The translations under genes were made by a program, and so were the position numbers. Below, one piece after another: positions 9,248 through 17,755 of a stretch of 63,562 nt of DNA (positions within the stretch are counted from its first letter, which is position 1; each line of letters begins with the position of its first letter). The stretch lies in contig JAHWIG010000003.1 in assembly GCA_019322735.1 (NCBI GenBank), forward strand, positions 1-63,562, written 5' to 3'. Source of the stretch: Candidatus Woesearchaeota archaeon. GTDB taxonomy: Archaea; Nanobdellota; Nanobdellia; Woesearchaeales; BS150m-G63. The notes under the pieces are model-generated. The model did not search any database. It saw nothing but the letters and a program-made list of their open reading frames with translations, and was not told where the DNA came from.

Positions 9248-9658
9248 ATGCAAAAAATCTTACTCGATACAAATTTTCTATTGATTCCTGCAGCATTTAA
9301 TGTAGATATATTCTCAGAATTAAACAGACTCTTTCCAAGAAACAAGTTATTCATCCTAGATCTCTCAATAGGCGAATTAAAAAATATTGAATTAAAGCAA
9401 AAAGGAAAACACAAACAGGAAGCAAGATTAGGCCTGCAAATGATAAAAAAGTACAAAATAAGCACAATAAAAACAGAAAAGCATATAAATGCATCTAAAT
9501 CCACATCTACAATACATGTTGATAATCTAATAGTTGATTTTGCCCTTACAGGGGGTTATTTGGTGGCAACCCAGGACAAGGAAATAAAGGTAAAGCTTAA
9601 AAAACAGAATAAGAAAAGCATAACATTAAGACAAAAAAAATATCTCATAATCACATAA
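9248..9658 (+). CDS. PIN-domain protein (Fcf1/COG1412-like)
   Basis: N-terminal ILLDTNFLL acidic PIN motif. It occupies the conserved archaeal position immediately upstream of rpoE. Confidence 0.65.
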   Translation: MQKILLDTNFLLIPAAFNVDIFSELNRLFPRNKLFILDLSIGELKNIELKQKGKHKQEARLGLQMIKKYKISTIKTEKHINASKSTSTIHVDNLIVDFALTGGYLVATQDKEIKVKLKKQNKKSITLRQKKYLIIT

Positions 9659-9659
9659 A

Positions 9660-10292
9660 ATGTTTTACAAATTAAAATTAAAAGATCATGTAAGGGTCCC
9701 ACCAGCTTTATTTAATCTTCCAGTAGAAGAAGCAATAATTGCAGCCATCAAGAACACATACACAAATCTTATTTCAAAAGATCTTGGTGTTGTTATTGAT
9801 GTATTGAAGATAAGTAAGGTATATGAAGGTATTATAATTCCGGGAGATGGAGCGTCTTATTATGATACAGAATTTGAATTATTGACATTTAAGCCAGAAC
9901 TCCAAGAAGTACTTCTTGGAAGGATTCGCGATATAACTGACTTTGGTGTTTTTATGTCAATTGGACCAATAGACGGCATGATTCATATCTCCCAAACAAT
10001 GGATGATTATGTTTCATTTTCAAAAGATAAATCATTATTAGGGAAAGAGACAAAAAGATCATTAAAGGTTGGAGATAAGTGCAGGTCAAGAGTAATTGCA
10101 GTAAGCTTTAAGGAATCCGGAAACCCAAAAATTGGACTCACAATGAGGCAGCAATTTCTAGGAAGATTGGATTGGATAAAAGAAGAATTAAATATTCCTA
10201 AAAGTGAAGACAAGGGTTCTCACAAAAAAGAAGATAAATCAACACCTAAGAAAGAAGAAAAACTAGTAGAAGTTAAACAAGACAAAAAATGA
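9660..10292 (+). CDS. rpoE: DNA-directed RNA polymerase subunit E' (Rpo7) with a Lys/Glu-rich C-terminal tail
   Basis: MFYKLKLKDHVRVPPALF N-terminus and an S1 domain (VTDFGVFMSIGPIDGMIHISQ). The tail reads SEDKGSHKKEDKSTPKKEEK. Confidence 0.85.
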   Translation: MFYKLKLKDHVRVPPALFNLPVEEAIIAAIKNTYTNLISKDLGVVIDVLKISKVYEGIIIPGDGASYYDTEFELLTFKPELQEVLLGRIRDITDFGVFMSIGPIDGMIHISQTMDDYVSFSKDKSLLGKETKRSLKVGDKCRSRVIAVSFKESGNPKIGLTMRQQFLGRLDWIKEELNIPKSEDKGSHKKEDKSTPKKEEKLVEVKQDKK

Positions 10293-10474
10293 AAAAGAAA
10301 GCCTGTAAGAAATGTAAATTATTTGTAGAAGAAGCTTCTTGTCCTATATGTAAAAGTAATCAATTTAGTACAAATTGGCAAGGGCGTATAATAATACTAG
10401 ACACGGAAAATTCAATCATTGCAAATAAACTTGGTACAAAAAAAGAAGGAGAATATGCAATTAAAGTAAGATGA
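10289..10474 (+). CDS. spt4: Transcription elongation factor Spt4 (RpoE'')
   Basis: Zinc ribbon CKKC...CPIC followed by NWQGRIIILD. ATGA overlap with rpoE. Confidence 0.85.
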   Translation: MKKKACKKCKLFVEEASCPICKSNQFSTNWQGRIIILDTENSIIANKLGTKKEGEYAIKVR

Positions 10475-10902
10475 ACATAACTATTTTAAAACAGGAAAAG
10501 CAGCCATTGCTTTCAAGAACAGAAGTTTCTGCTAAAGTAAGTTTTAAAGGCTCTACACCTTCAAAAGAAGAGATTCAAAAAAATATTGCATCTAAATTAA
10601 AACAAAAAGAAGAACTGACAGTAATAAAACACATTTACAATGAATTCGGATCACAGGAAGCTAAAATTGAAGCTTTCATCTATGATGATACAAAAGTAAT
10701 GTCTGTATTAGAGAAATCCAAGAAAAAAGAAAATAAACCAGCCGCAGAAAAACCAGTCGAGTCAAAAGAAGAATCAGAACAACCTGTAGAAGAAAAATCC
10801 CAAGAATCCAAAAAAGAAGAACAAAAAGAACAACCAACTGAAAAACCAGCAGAACAATCAAAAGAATTACCCAAAGAGAATAAAGAAGAAAAATCAGAAT
10901 AA
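10471..10902 (+). CDS. rps24e: 30S ribosomal protein S24e with a ~50-aa Lys/Glu/Pro-rich tail
   Basis: NPLLSRTE-like N-terminus, TPSKEEI, and [15 protein letters not shown]. Confidence 0.85.
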   Translation: MNITILKQEKQPLLSRTEVSAKVSFKGSTPSKEEIQKNIASKLKQKEELTVIKHIYNEFGSQEAKIEAFIYDDTKVMSVLEKSKKKENKPAAEKPVESKEESEQPVEEKSQESKKEEQKEQPTEKPAEQSKELPKENKEEKSE

Positions 10903-10904
10903 AA

Positions 10905-11183
10905 ATGGCAAAAAAACAAAAGAAACCAAAAAAACACAGCAAGAGATGGGAATTATATGATATTTCATCAGGTTTACAAAGAAAAAGAAAATTCTGCCCA
11001 AAATGTGGCCCAGGGTTATTTATGGCTGAACACAAGAATAGAATTACATGCGGAAAATGCGGATATGTAGAATTTAAAGGAAAACCACAAAAAGAAACAG
11101 TACAAGAACCATCAGCAGAAACACAAGAGCAAGAAAAACCTGCAGAGACACAAGAACAACCAGAAGAAAAAGCAGTAAATTAG
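10905..11183 (+). CDS. rps27ae: 30S ribosomal protein S27ae with a ~35-aa Glu/Gln/Pro-rich tail
   Basis: [24 protein letters not shown] zinc ribbon. Confidence 0.85.
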   Translation: MAKKQKKPKKHSKRWELYDISSGLQRKRKFCPKCGPGLFMAEHKNRITCGKCGYVEFKGKPQKETVQEPSAETQEQEKPAETQEQPEEKAVN

Positions 11184-11186
11184 ATA

Positions 11187-12089
11187 TTATTCTTTATCTT
11201 CATCTACTTCTCCGTGTTGCATAATCAATATATCTTCAGTAGTTAATTTCTTTCCTTTCTTCAGCTTATCTTTAACTTCTTTTTGTTTTTTATCAATAAA
11301 CCTTTCTTTTTTCTTTTCTATCTTTTCTCTTCTTTCATATCTTTCTTCTTTTGTCTTTCTGCTGAAGATATTCATCTTCATCAAATTTTCTTTTAACATA
11401 ACATTTAGATTAGAAAACCTTTTCTTGAATTCAAAGAACTTCATGTAGGCCCATTCTTTCTTTTTCTTTAATTCATCTACTTGTTTAGAAAAACCAATTA
11501 TCTGCAGATGAATCTCCTGGCTACTCTTAGCTAAATTTTGTATCCTATTATGACTCTTATCGGCTCTTTCCTTTAATACATCAATCTCCTTAGATAAGTT
11601 TCTGGTTTTTTCAAGTACACCCATCAATTCTGATGATTCATCAAGCTGCTTCTTCTTTGACTTAATAACCCCAACAATTTTCTTTTCTTTATCAAACTCT
11701 AAGGCTTCTGTCTCCAATTTTTCTTCAAGTTTTAATATTTCTTCTTTAATCCTAGTAGGGTTAGTCTTTATTTTATACTTCTTAGAAATCTGACTTCGTT
11801 CTTTAGCTAATCTTTTAAATTCCTTTACTTTATTTTTTATAAATTTTCCATACTTTTCTCGCTCCCCTTTTAATTCCTTTACCTTGTTTGTTAGCTTATT
11901 TCGATCTACCCTCATCGATTTTATCTTATTGATGGTATCTGAGATATCTTTGCTTATACTTTCCTTCCTTCCAAACCATTCTTCTTTCTGCTTATCAGCT
12001 AAATTTAAATTCCTTCTAGCTTCAACTACCTTTTTACGATAATCTTCAACTTCCTGATATAGCTTTTTTCTTTCTTTTCCTGACAGCAT
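11187..12089 (-). CDS. Coiled-coil protein (resembles the uncharacterised archaeal coiled-coil COG1340 class)
   Basis: 300 aa, heptad-rich K/E/L composition throughout, with no enzymatic motif. Confidence 0.5.
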   Translation of the reverse strand: MLSGKERKKLYQEVEDYRKKVVEARRNLNLADKQKEEWFGRKESISKDISDTINKIKSMRVDRNKLTNKVKELKGEREKYGKFIKNKVKEFKRLAKERSQISKKYKIKTNPTRIKEEILKLEEKLETEALEFDKEKKIVGVIKSKKKQLDESSELMGVLEKTRNLSKEIDVLKERADKSHNRIQNLAKSSQEIHLQIIGFSKQVDELKKKKEWAYMKFFEFKKRFSNLNVMLKENLMKMNIFSRKTKEERYERREKIEKKKERFIDKKQKEVKDKLKKGKKLTTEDILIMQHGEVDEDKE

Positions 12090-12127
12090 AAAACCGTCAC
12101 CAATATGTGTTATTTATTCGCGATTAA

Positions 12128-12173
12128 CCTTCCTTTTTAGGGAAGGAGTAAAGTATTTTGCAATGCAAAATAC
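12128..12173 (-). terminator. Two hairpins immediately 3' of the P1 stop codon
   Basis: In the + strand representation: GTATTTTGC-AAT-GCAAAATAC (12153-12173, 9-bp stem) and CCTTCC-TTTTTAG-GGAAGG (12128-12146). On the transcribed (minus) strand each is followed by T residues. Confidence 0.4.
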
Positions 12174-12174
12174 C

Positions 12175-12480
12175 TTATCCGAATAGTGCCCCTAATCCTT
12201 CTGCAGCTTGTTCTTCATTCACTTCTTCTTTCTCTTCCTTTTTCTCTTCTGCTGCTTCACCACCAGATGCTGGTGCTGCTGCAGGTGCTGCAGTTACAGG
12301 AGCTACTGTAGATTCTTTTAGTACTTTTTCGATGTCAACACCCTTTAATGCGTTAACAACAACAGTAATCTTAGCTTTATCTACTTTTACCCCTGCGGCC
12401 TCTAACACTTTGGTAAGGCTTTTCTCGTCTATGCCAGTTCCTGCTTTGTTCAAAAGCATTGCTGCATACATATATTCCAT
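12175..12480 (-). CDS. rpl12: 50S ribosomal stalk protein P1 (L12e)
   Basis: MEYMYAAMLLNKAG..., an Ala-rich hinge, an acidic stretch and the canonical C-terminus EGLGALFG. Confidence 0.9.
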   Translation of the reverse strand: MEYMYAAMLLNKAGTGIDEKSLTKVLEAAGVKVDKAKITVVVNALKGVDIEKVLKESTVAPVTAAPAAAPASGGEAAEEKKEEKEEVNEEQAAEGLGALFG

Positions 12481-12516
12481 TGTATTTTACCTCCGTTAAT
12501 ATAACGTGAATGTGAT

Positions 12517-13608
12517 TTATTTCCCTTTATCTTTCTCTTCCTTCTCTTCTGATTTATCTTCTTCCTTTTTCTCTTCTTTAACTTCTTCAGTTTCTTCTTC
12601 TTTTTCTTCCTTAACTTCTTCAGCTTTCTCTTCCTTTTCAACAGGTTTCTCTTCTTCCTTTTTTGCTTCTTTATCTTCTGCTTTTTCTCCTTCTGTAGGT
12701 TTTCCACCTTCTTTTTCTTCTGACTTTTCATCAGTTTCTTCTTCTTTAACATCCTCAGGAATATTCTTCTTTAAATTATTCGCACTGACTGCAGCTTTTC
12801 TCAAAAGATCTTCTTTTGTTTCATCTGTGATTATTTCTTGTTCTCTGGCAAGAGTAAGTGCATCATAATGCATTCTTCCCAATACAACATTTATGACTTC
12901 TTCAATAGGGTAATATAATTCTAATGCAAGCTTGTATGCTTCGCTATGTGCAAAAGATAATTGATTGATATAAGCCTCTTCATCAATATCCAATATATCT
13001 TTTGTTAATATCTTTCCTTTTTCATAAATTGCAACTAATTCTAAACCAACCTCAATCGGCTTTACATCAAGTCTAGATAATATTCCTGCAACATTCTCTT
13101 TTATCTCTTCCCCTTCTTTTACAATGACAGCATCTTCAGTAATATGTATCTTATTTCCTTCTACTTTTGTCTTAATTCCAACCATACCAAGCTCTCCGAT
13201 AACAGGACCAGGAGCAAACGGTGTTGGTCCAGCTTTGACCTTAAGATCAGAAGGCGCAATCTGTCCCGGTTTTGCTGGAGCATTTGATCTGTTCTTCTTT
13301 AAAGTCTTAAATAATCCAAAAGGATCTTTATTTGTGAAAATTAATGCAGGCATACCCTTAAAATATTCATTTAATTTCTCTATACCTTTCTTTTCCTCTT
13401 TTAATCTATCAAAAACGATATTGATAATTCTTTTCTTTGCCATCCGTAATACAACATCCCCCCTTAATTTCTCAGTTATCTTCTGTAGTTGTTTTGCAGG
13501 CAGATTCTCCATATTCAAAAGTCCAATGATAGAATACTCTTTACATAATTTTAATAATTCTTCAACAATCTTTTTCTTGCTTTCCGAAACATGGGCTTTT
13601 TTATTCAT
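12517..13608 (-). CDS. rpl10: 50S ribosomal protein uL10 (P0) with a ~90-aa Lys/Glu tail
   Basis: The N-terminal and middle regions are typical of archaeal P0 (LPAKQLQKI..., GPVIGELG). It overlaps the uL1 stop by 8 nt. Confidence 0.85.
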   Translation of the reverse strand: MNKKAHVSESKKKIVEELLKLCKEYSIIGLLNMENLPAKQLQKITEKLRGDVVLRMAKKRIINIVFDRLKEEKKGIEKLNEYFKGMPALIFTNKDPFGLFKTLKKNRSNAPAKPGQIAPSDLKVKAGPTPFAPGPVIGELGMVGIKTKVEGNKIHITEDAVIVKEGEEIKENVAGILSRLDVKPIEVGLELVAIYEKGKILTKDILDIDEEAYINQLSFAHSEAYKLALELYYPIEEVINVVLGRMHYDALTLAREQEIITDETKEDLLRKAAVSANNLKKNIPEDVKEEETDEKSEEKEGGKPTEGEKAEDKEAKKEEEKPVEKEEKAEEVKEEKEEETEEVKEEKKEEDKSEEKEEKDKGK

Positions 13609-14509
13609 CTTTATTCTCAGTCTTTTCCTCAGGCTTCTTTTCTTCCTTTTTCACTGGTTCTTCTTTCTTCTCCTCTGCTTTCTCTTCTGACTTTGGCTTT
13701 CCTTTTTCCTCAGGCTTATCTTCCTTATTTTGCGAAGCAGAATCTTGAAGACCTTTTTCGTCTCCTTGTGATTTTTCCTTAGACTTTTCTTCCTTTTTCA
13801 CTGGTTCTTCTTTACTTTCTTTTTCTGCACCTTTCTTTGATGATTTGCCTTCACCAGCACCCTCAATCTTAACAGAAGGCCCCATCGTAAGTTTTACATA
13901 AACTTCACTGATATTATGTTTACCATTAGGCAAACTTGTAATAAAATGATTATGGGCACTGATAATATTATCAATAATATCTTCCTCTTTCATCTCTTCA
14001 TTACCGATTATTGTCTTTACACTTGTCCCACCTTTCTTAGTGCTTAACATAACAACTTTCTGTAATCTATCATAAAGCTGCTGTAGATTAGCTTTAGGAG
14101 GAACAACACATCCTACCTTGGGATTAGGCATCTTTCCCCTTGGTCCAAGAACTCGTCCAAATGAACTAGCAACATCTGCCATTACATTTGCTTGAGCTAT
14201 AAAATAGTCACATTCTTTTGCTAATTTTTTTATCTTTTTCTTATCTATTTTTGAGAATTCATCCTGTCTTATTGTATGATCACACACTTTCTTTGCATTT
14301 TCATACAATTCTGGACCAACTAATGCACATACTTTTGTTGGCTTACCTTTAGAATAATGTAGTTCAACAAAATCATCAATTTGATGTTCTGCTTTTTTAT
14401 TATCAATACCTTTTAGATTTATAATTAGATCAAAACTTTGCCTAAAGTTTCTCTTTTGAGACCCTTCTCTCGCTTTCTTAAGCGCGTTTAATATGTTTTC
14501 CTTTTTCAT
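13601..14509 (-). CDS. rpl1: 50S ribosomal protein uL1 with a ~90-aa Lys/Glu tail
   Basis: RNFRQSFDLIINLKGID, LGPRGKMPNPK and the overall L1 architecture. Confidence 0.9.
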   Translation of the reverse strand: MKKENILNALKKAREGSQKRNFRQSFDLIINLKGIDNKKAEHQIDDFVELHYSKGKPTKVCALVGPELYENAKKVCDHTIRQDEFSKIDKKKIKKLAKECDYFIAQANVMADVASSFGRVLGPRGKMPNPKVGCVVPPKANLQQLYDRLQKVVMLSTKKGGTSVKTIIGNEEMKEEDIIDNIISAHNHFITSLPNGKHNISEVYVKLTMGPSVKIEGAGEGKSSKKGAEKESKEEPVKKEEKSKEKSQGDEKGLQDSASQNKEDKPEEKGKPKSEEKAEEKKEEPVKKEEKKPEEKTENKDE

Positions 14510-14623
14510 CCTACCCTCCTATCATATATGATAGTTAAACGGGAACAGTGTTGTCGCTTATGTAAGAATTACATAACTACTGTAACAAGATTGGAATTCA
14601 ATACCCATTTATAAATATTACGC

Positions 14624-15313
14624 TTAAATGTATGATTTCTCTTGATTTGCGCTTTTTAGAGATATCTCCCCAAATTCACAGTATTCACAAGTTGAATCCA
14701 ATGTAACCCAACCACCATCCTTCTTATATCTCCATATTGCATCTGGTAGATACGCTTCAACATAGACATGTCTTGGAACAAAAGTAAATCTGGTGCTAAT
14801 TCCTATTGATTGTAGTAAATTAGCTAATAAAACTGATCCGTCGTCACAATCCCCTCCCCCACTCTTCAAAGTTTCCCTTGAGGTTTTTATATATTCATCA
14901 GGAGGATCATTTATGTAATAGAAATTATCCTTCACAAAGTAAAACAATGCCTTAGAATAACATACCCTATTATTTCCACAACCGCTCTTACTGACTACTC
15001 TATCTGCAACTTGTTTAACAATAACATCATTCGGCTTCAAAAATCTCAAAAAATCCTGTTTTTTGTTAATACTTCTGCTTATGTTTTCAACTTCAAATTC
15101 AGCAGGCAATACTTCTTCTATTGTAGCAATATACTTAGGTTCAGGATCTAACTTAACACCATAATAAGGAACAACCATAACAACAACCATCAAAGCAAGA
15201 AAAACAGCAAGAATATACCATAAAGGTCCACGTTCTTTCTTTACATCATGGCCATGTGTCTTTATGTGTTCATCTATCTCTTCAGCTTCTTTTATAATAT
15301 CTTCTTCTTTCAT
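14624..15313 (-). CDS. Membrane-anchored transglutaminase-like cysteine protease domain protein
   Basis: One TM helix (WYILAVFLALMVVVMVV), a GGGDCDDGSVLLANLLQSIGI Cys motif, then HVYVEAY and LDST (a Cys-His-Asp arrangement). Confidence 0.65.
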   Translation of the reverse strand: MKEEDIIKEAEEIDEHIKTHGHDVKKERGPLWYILAVFLALMVVVMVVPYYGVKLDPEPKYIATIEEVLPAEFEVENISRSINKKQDFLRFLKPNDVIVKQVADRVVSKSGCGNNRVCYSKALFYFVKDNFYYINDPPDEYIKTSRETLKSGGGDCDDGSVLLANLLQSIGISTRFTFVPRHVYVEAYLPDAIWRYKKDGGWVTLDSTCEYCEFGEISLKSANQEKSYI

Positions 15314-15344
15314 AGAAAAGACATAATATCAGAAATATAAAAAA

Positions 15345-16061
15345 CTACCTACCAAATCTCCTTTCTCTTTCATTAAATTCCTTTATAACATTAACTAAAT
15401 CTTCTTTATCAAATTCTGGCCACATCTTGTCTAAGAAGAACCATTCAGAATATATGCTCTGCCATGGTAAAAAATTAGAAGTCCTCTTTTCTCCACCAGT
15501 CCTTATTATCAGATCGGGACAATCATTCATATATAATTCATCTGAGAAACTTTTATCATTGATATCATCTATATCAAGCTCTCCAGACTTGATTTTCTCA
15601 GCAATTTTCTTAGTTGCATCAATAATCTCCTCCCTTCCCCCATAAGCCATAGCAAAATTTATGATATAATCAGTATAATCCTTAGTCATATCCATGACTT
15701 TCTTCATCTTTTCATACAAATCCTTAGGAAATTTCTCGATTCTACCAATAATCCTGATCTTTACTTTACGCTCATGTACTTTTTCATCATGTAATAATCT
15801 TTCAAACTCTTCATTGAATATCTTCATAAGATAGTCAAATTCCATCTTTGGCCTATTGAAGTTTTGAACAGAAAACGCATATACTGTTAATTCCTTAATA
15901 CCAATCTCCCTGGACCAATCAAAAAGCTTCTCTAATTTCTTTGCACCCAATTCATGCCCTTTCCATGGCTCTTTCATAAGCCTTTTGGCAAATCTTCTAT
16001 TTCCATCAAGGATTATAGCAACATGACCTGGAACATTTACATTAAGGGTTTCAATATTCAT
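15345..16061 (-). CDS. uppS: cis-Prenyltransferase (undecaprenyl diphosphate synthase family)
   Basis: HVAIILDGNRRFAK and IRTGGEKRTSNFLPWQS motifs. Confidence 0.9.
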   Translation of the reverse strand: MNIETLNVNVPGHVAIILDGNRRFAKRLMKEPWKGHELGAKKLEKLFDWSREIGIKELTVYAFSVQNFNRPKMEFDYLMKIFNEEFERLLHDEKVHERKVKIRIIGRIEKFPKDLYEKMKKVMDMTKDYTDYIINFAMAYGGREEIIDATKKIAEKIKSGELDIDDINDKSFSDELYMNDCPDLIIRTGGEKRTSNFLPWQSIYSEWFFLDKMWPEFDKEDLVNVIKEFNERERRFGR

Positions 16062-16107
16062 ATTAATAAAACCATAATAAAGGATTATATAAAGTTTTTG
16101 CCTTACC

Positions 16108-16668
16108 TTAATCTAAAAATTTCTTTTCAAATAAAGAAACAAATACATCTTTAGGAACATTAATACCGCCATCTACAAACATTCTAGCTAATTTCATCCC
16201 TACTTTTCTTTTATCAATATCTCCTTCCCATTCTCCTCCAACTTTTAATTTATATCCCCTGATTGCATTTATACTAAAATTATTAAGAAATCCCTCTCCA
16301 GATCTTATTGAGAATGGCCTCCCATTATAAACTAACAAATTCCTCTTATTATTTACATTAACAACCAATGATTTTCTTTTCATTATTCCATCTTCAGCTA
16401 AAGAAAAACCTTTCTTATACAGCTCCCATTTGACCAAATCAGACAATATCCTATCTGCTTCATTATTCTCCAGATACTCGTCTAACTCAAAGTTATAATG
16501 CATATTCAAGAACTCATCAAACTCAACATTCTTTTTTGACTCACGAAAGACATGTACTCTTCCAAGGTATTTCTTTACCTTCTGCTTGACCCCTTTTTTC
16601 TTCCTCCACTTATTCTCAACAGCGTACAAATAACTGTTACCTTTCACCTCTTTTGTCCTCAAAAACAT
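16108..16668 (-). CDS. Hypothetical protein
   Basis: 186-aa ORF with a basic N-terminus (MFLRTKEVKGNSYLYAVENKWRKKKG). No family assigned. Confidence 0.5.
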   Translation of the reverse strand: MFLRTKEVKGNSYLYAVENKWRKKKGVKQKVKKYLGRVHVFRESKKNVEFDEFLNMHYNFELDEYLENNEADRILSDLVKWELYKKGFSLAEDGIMKRKSLVVNVNNKRNLLVYNGRPFSIRSGEGFLNNFSINAIRGYKLKVGGEWEGDIDKRKVGMKLARMFVDGGINVPKDVFVSLFEKKFLD

Positions 16669-16733
16669 ATAAAAAGTTAGGCACTATGAAATATATAAGT
16701 TTTTCTATACTCTAGAACAAAGAAAAAGTGAAT

Positions 16734-17003
16734 CTAACAAATCTTTACAAATGATTTCTTAAAAGTATCAGCAGATTTCTTAATTCTTTTAACTGCTTCA
16801 TTCAAAGCATTTCTTACATCTGCTTTACTCTCTACAACAATCTTAGCCTTTCCAATTAATGGGTGCTCAATATGGTATCCAGCAGACTTAATATTCTTAT
16901 CATTCCATAGCTCTTTGACTAATACATTACAGAAACCATGACCCACACCATCCACTGCTAAAATGATATTATTCTTTTTTTCCTCAAGAACTTTGATATT
17001 CAT
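16734..17003 (-). CDS. rpoL: DNA-directed RNA polymerase subunit L (Rpo11)
   Basis: From internal ATG 17003 the product reads MNIKVLEEKKNNIILAVDGVGHGFCNVLVKELWNDKNIKSAGYHIEHPLIGKAKIVVES, the RpoL pattern. The longer ORF-track start (17219) overlaps the methylase gene. Confidence 0.75.
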   Translation of the reverse strand: MNIKVLEEKKNNIILAVDGVGHGFCNVLVKELWNDKNIKSAGYHIEHPLIGKAKIVVESKADVRNALNEAVKRIKKSADTFKKSFVKIC

Positions 17004-17037
17004 TTTAGCAAATAAAACTTCAACTTGTTTATAAACT

Positions 17038-17682
17038 TTACCCTTCTTTTTCAAGTCTCCAGCATCCGACTTTAAATCTATAAATCCTTCTAGTATGAAA
17101 TTTCTGAGTCGCCTTAATTGGAAAATCAAAATTCCAACATCCACTAATTCTATATCCCCTTTCAGCAGAAAAAGCTTCAATAAACTTATTACTCTCACTT
17201 TTATGGAAGCTATACACAACTGGAGCAGTCTCCATAGCCTTATCTAAGAACACCCTATCATTCCCCTTCCTTTGCACCCCAAAAGGAGGATTCTGCACAA
17301 CTACATCAGCCTTACCAGAAAATTCTTTTACATCCTGCACTAAGAATGTAGCTTTTCCTGCTATCGAACTCTCACTTTTTACCTTCTCAAGGTTAGATTT
17401 AGCAATATAAACAGCTTCTTTGTCTTTATCTATGAAAAATACATCTTTAGAGCCTAAAATAAGCGCCCCAATACCCAATATACCTGTTCCGCACCCAAGA
17501 TCAACTATCACTTTTCCTTCTATATCTCCCATTAAATGGGCCTCCCAGAGCATCTGTGCAGCTATCTCACTATCTGTAGGGTATTGCTCAACCCTCACTT
17601 TAGCCTTGTCAAACACCCTTAGTTTAGATAAGATTACCCCTAATCTCCCCTTAGATACACCCTCAATAGCCATATTACTCAT
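17038..17682 (-). CDS. SAM-dependent N6-adenine methyltransferase, METTL5/COG2263-like (putative rRNA m6A methylase)
   Basis: Motif I VVDLGCGTGILGIGA and motif IV VVQNPPFG, at ~210 aa. Confidence 0.7.
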   Translation of the reverse strand: MSNMAIEGVSKGRLGVILSKLRVFDKAKVRVEQYPTDSEIAAQMLWEAHLMGDIEGKVIVDLGCGTGILGIGALILGSKDVFFIDKDKEAVYIAKSNLEKVKSESSIAGKATFLVQDVKEFSGKADVVVQNPPFGVQRKGNDRVFLDKAMETAPVVYSFHKSESNKFIEAFSAERGYRISGCWNFDFPIKATQKFHTRRIYRFKVGCWRLEKEG

Positions 17683-17755
17683 AAATCCTCACTTTGTGCT
17701 TAATACCCCCTTAAAAAGCCATCCCTATATAATCTTTGCCCAACTATCCACATTA

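Noticed and set aside
10676-11035. ORFs 10676..11035(-) and 10680..10937(-), antisense to S24e/S27ae
   Set aside because: These are antisense low-complexity products (Leu/Phe-rich) of the K/E tails. There is no start context.
12158-13782. ORF-track entries 12158..12499(+), 12450..12752(-), 12506..12868(+), 13124..13690(+) and 13591..13782(+), which overlap the P1/P0/uL1 genes
   Set aside because: They are alternate-frame or antisense readings of GAA/AAG-rich tail DNA, giving poly-K, poly-S/F or Ala-rich junk. The conserved ribosomal proteins occupy the other frame or strand.
16108-16668. The N-terminus MFLRTKEVKGNSYLYAVENKWRKKKG resembles the N-terminal motif of some IS1634-type transposases
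   Set aside because: The resemblance is limited to ~30 residues recalled from memory. The protein is only 186 aa with no DDE region and no terminal repeats around the gene.
17004-17219. The long form of the rpoL ORF (start 17219)
   Set aside because: The 72-codon extension overlaps the 3' end of the methyltransferase gene and is not RpoL-like. The internal ATG at 17003 gives a normal 89-aa Rpo11.
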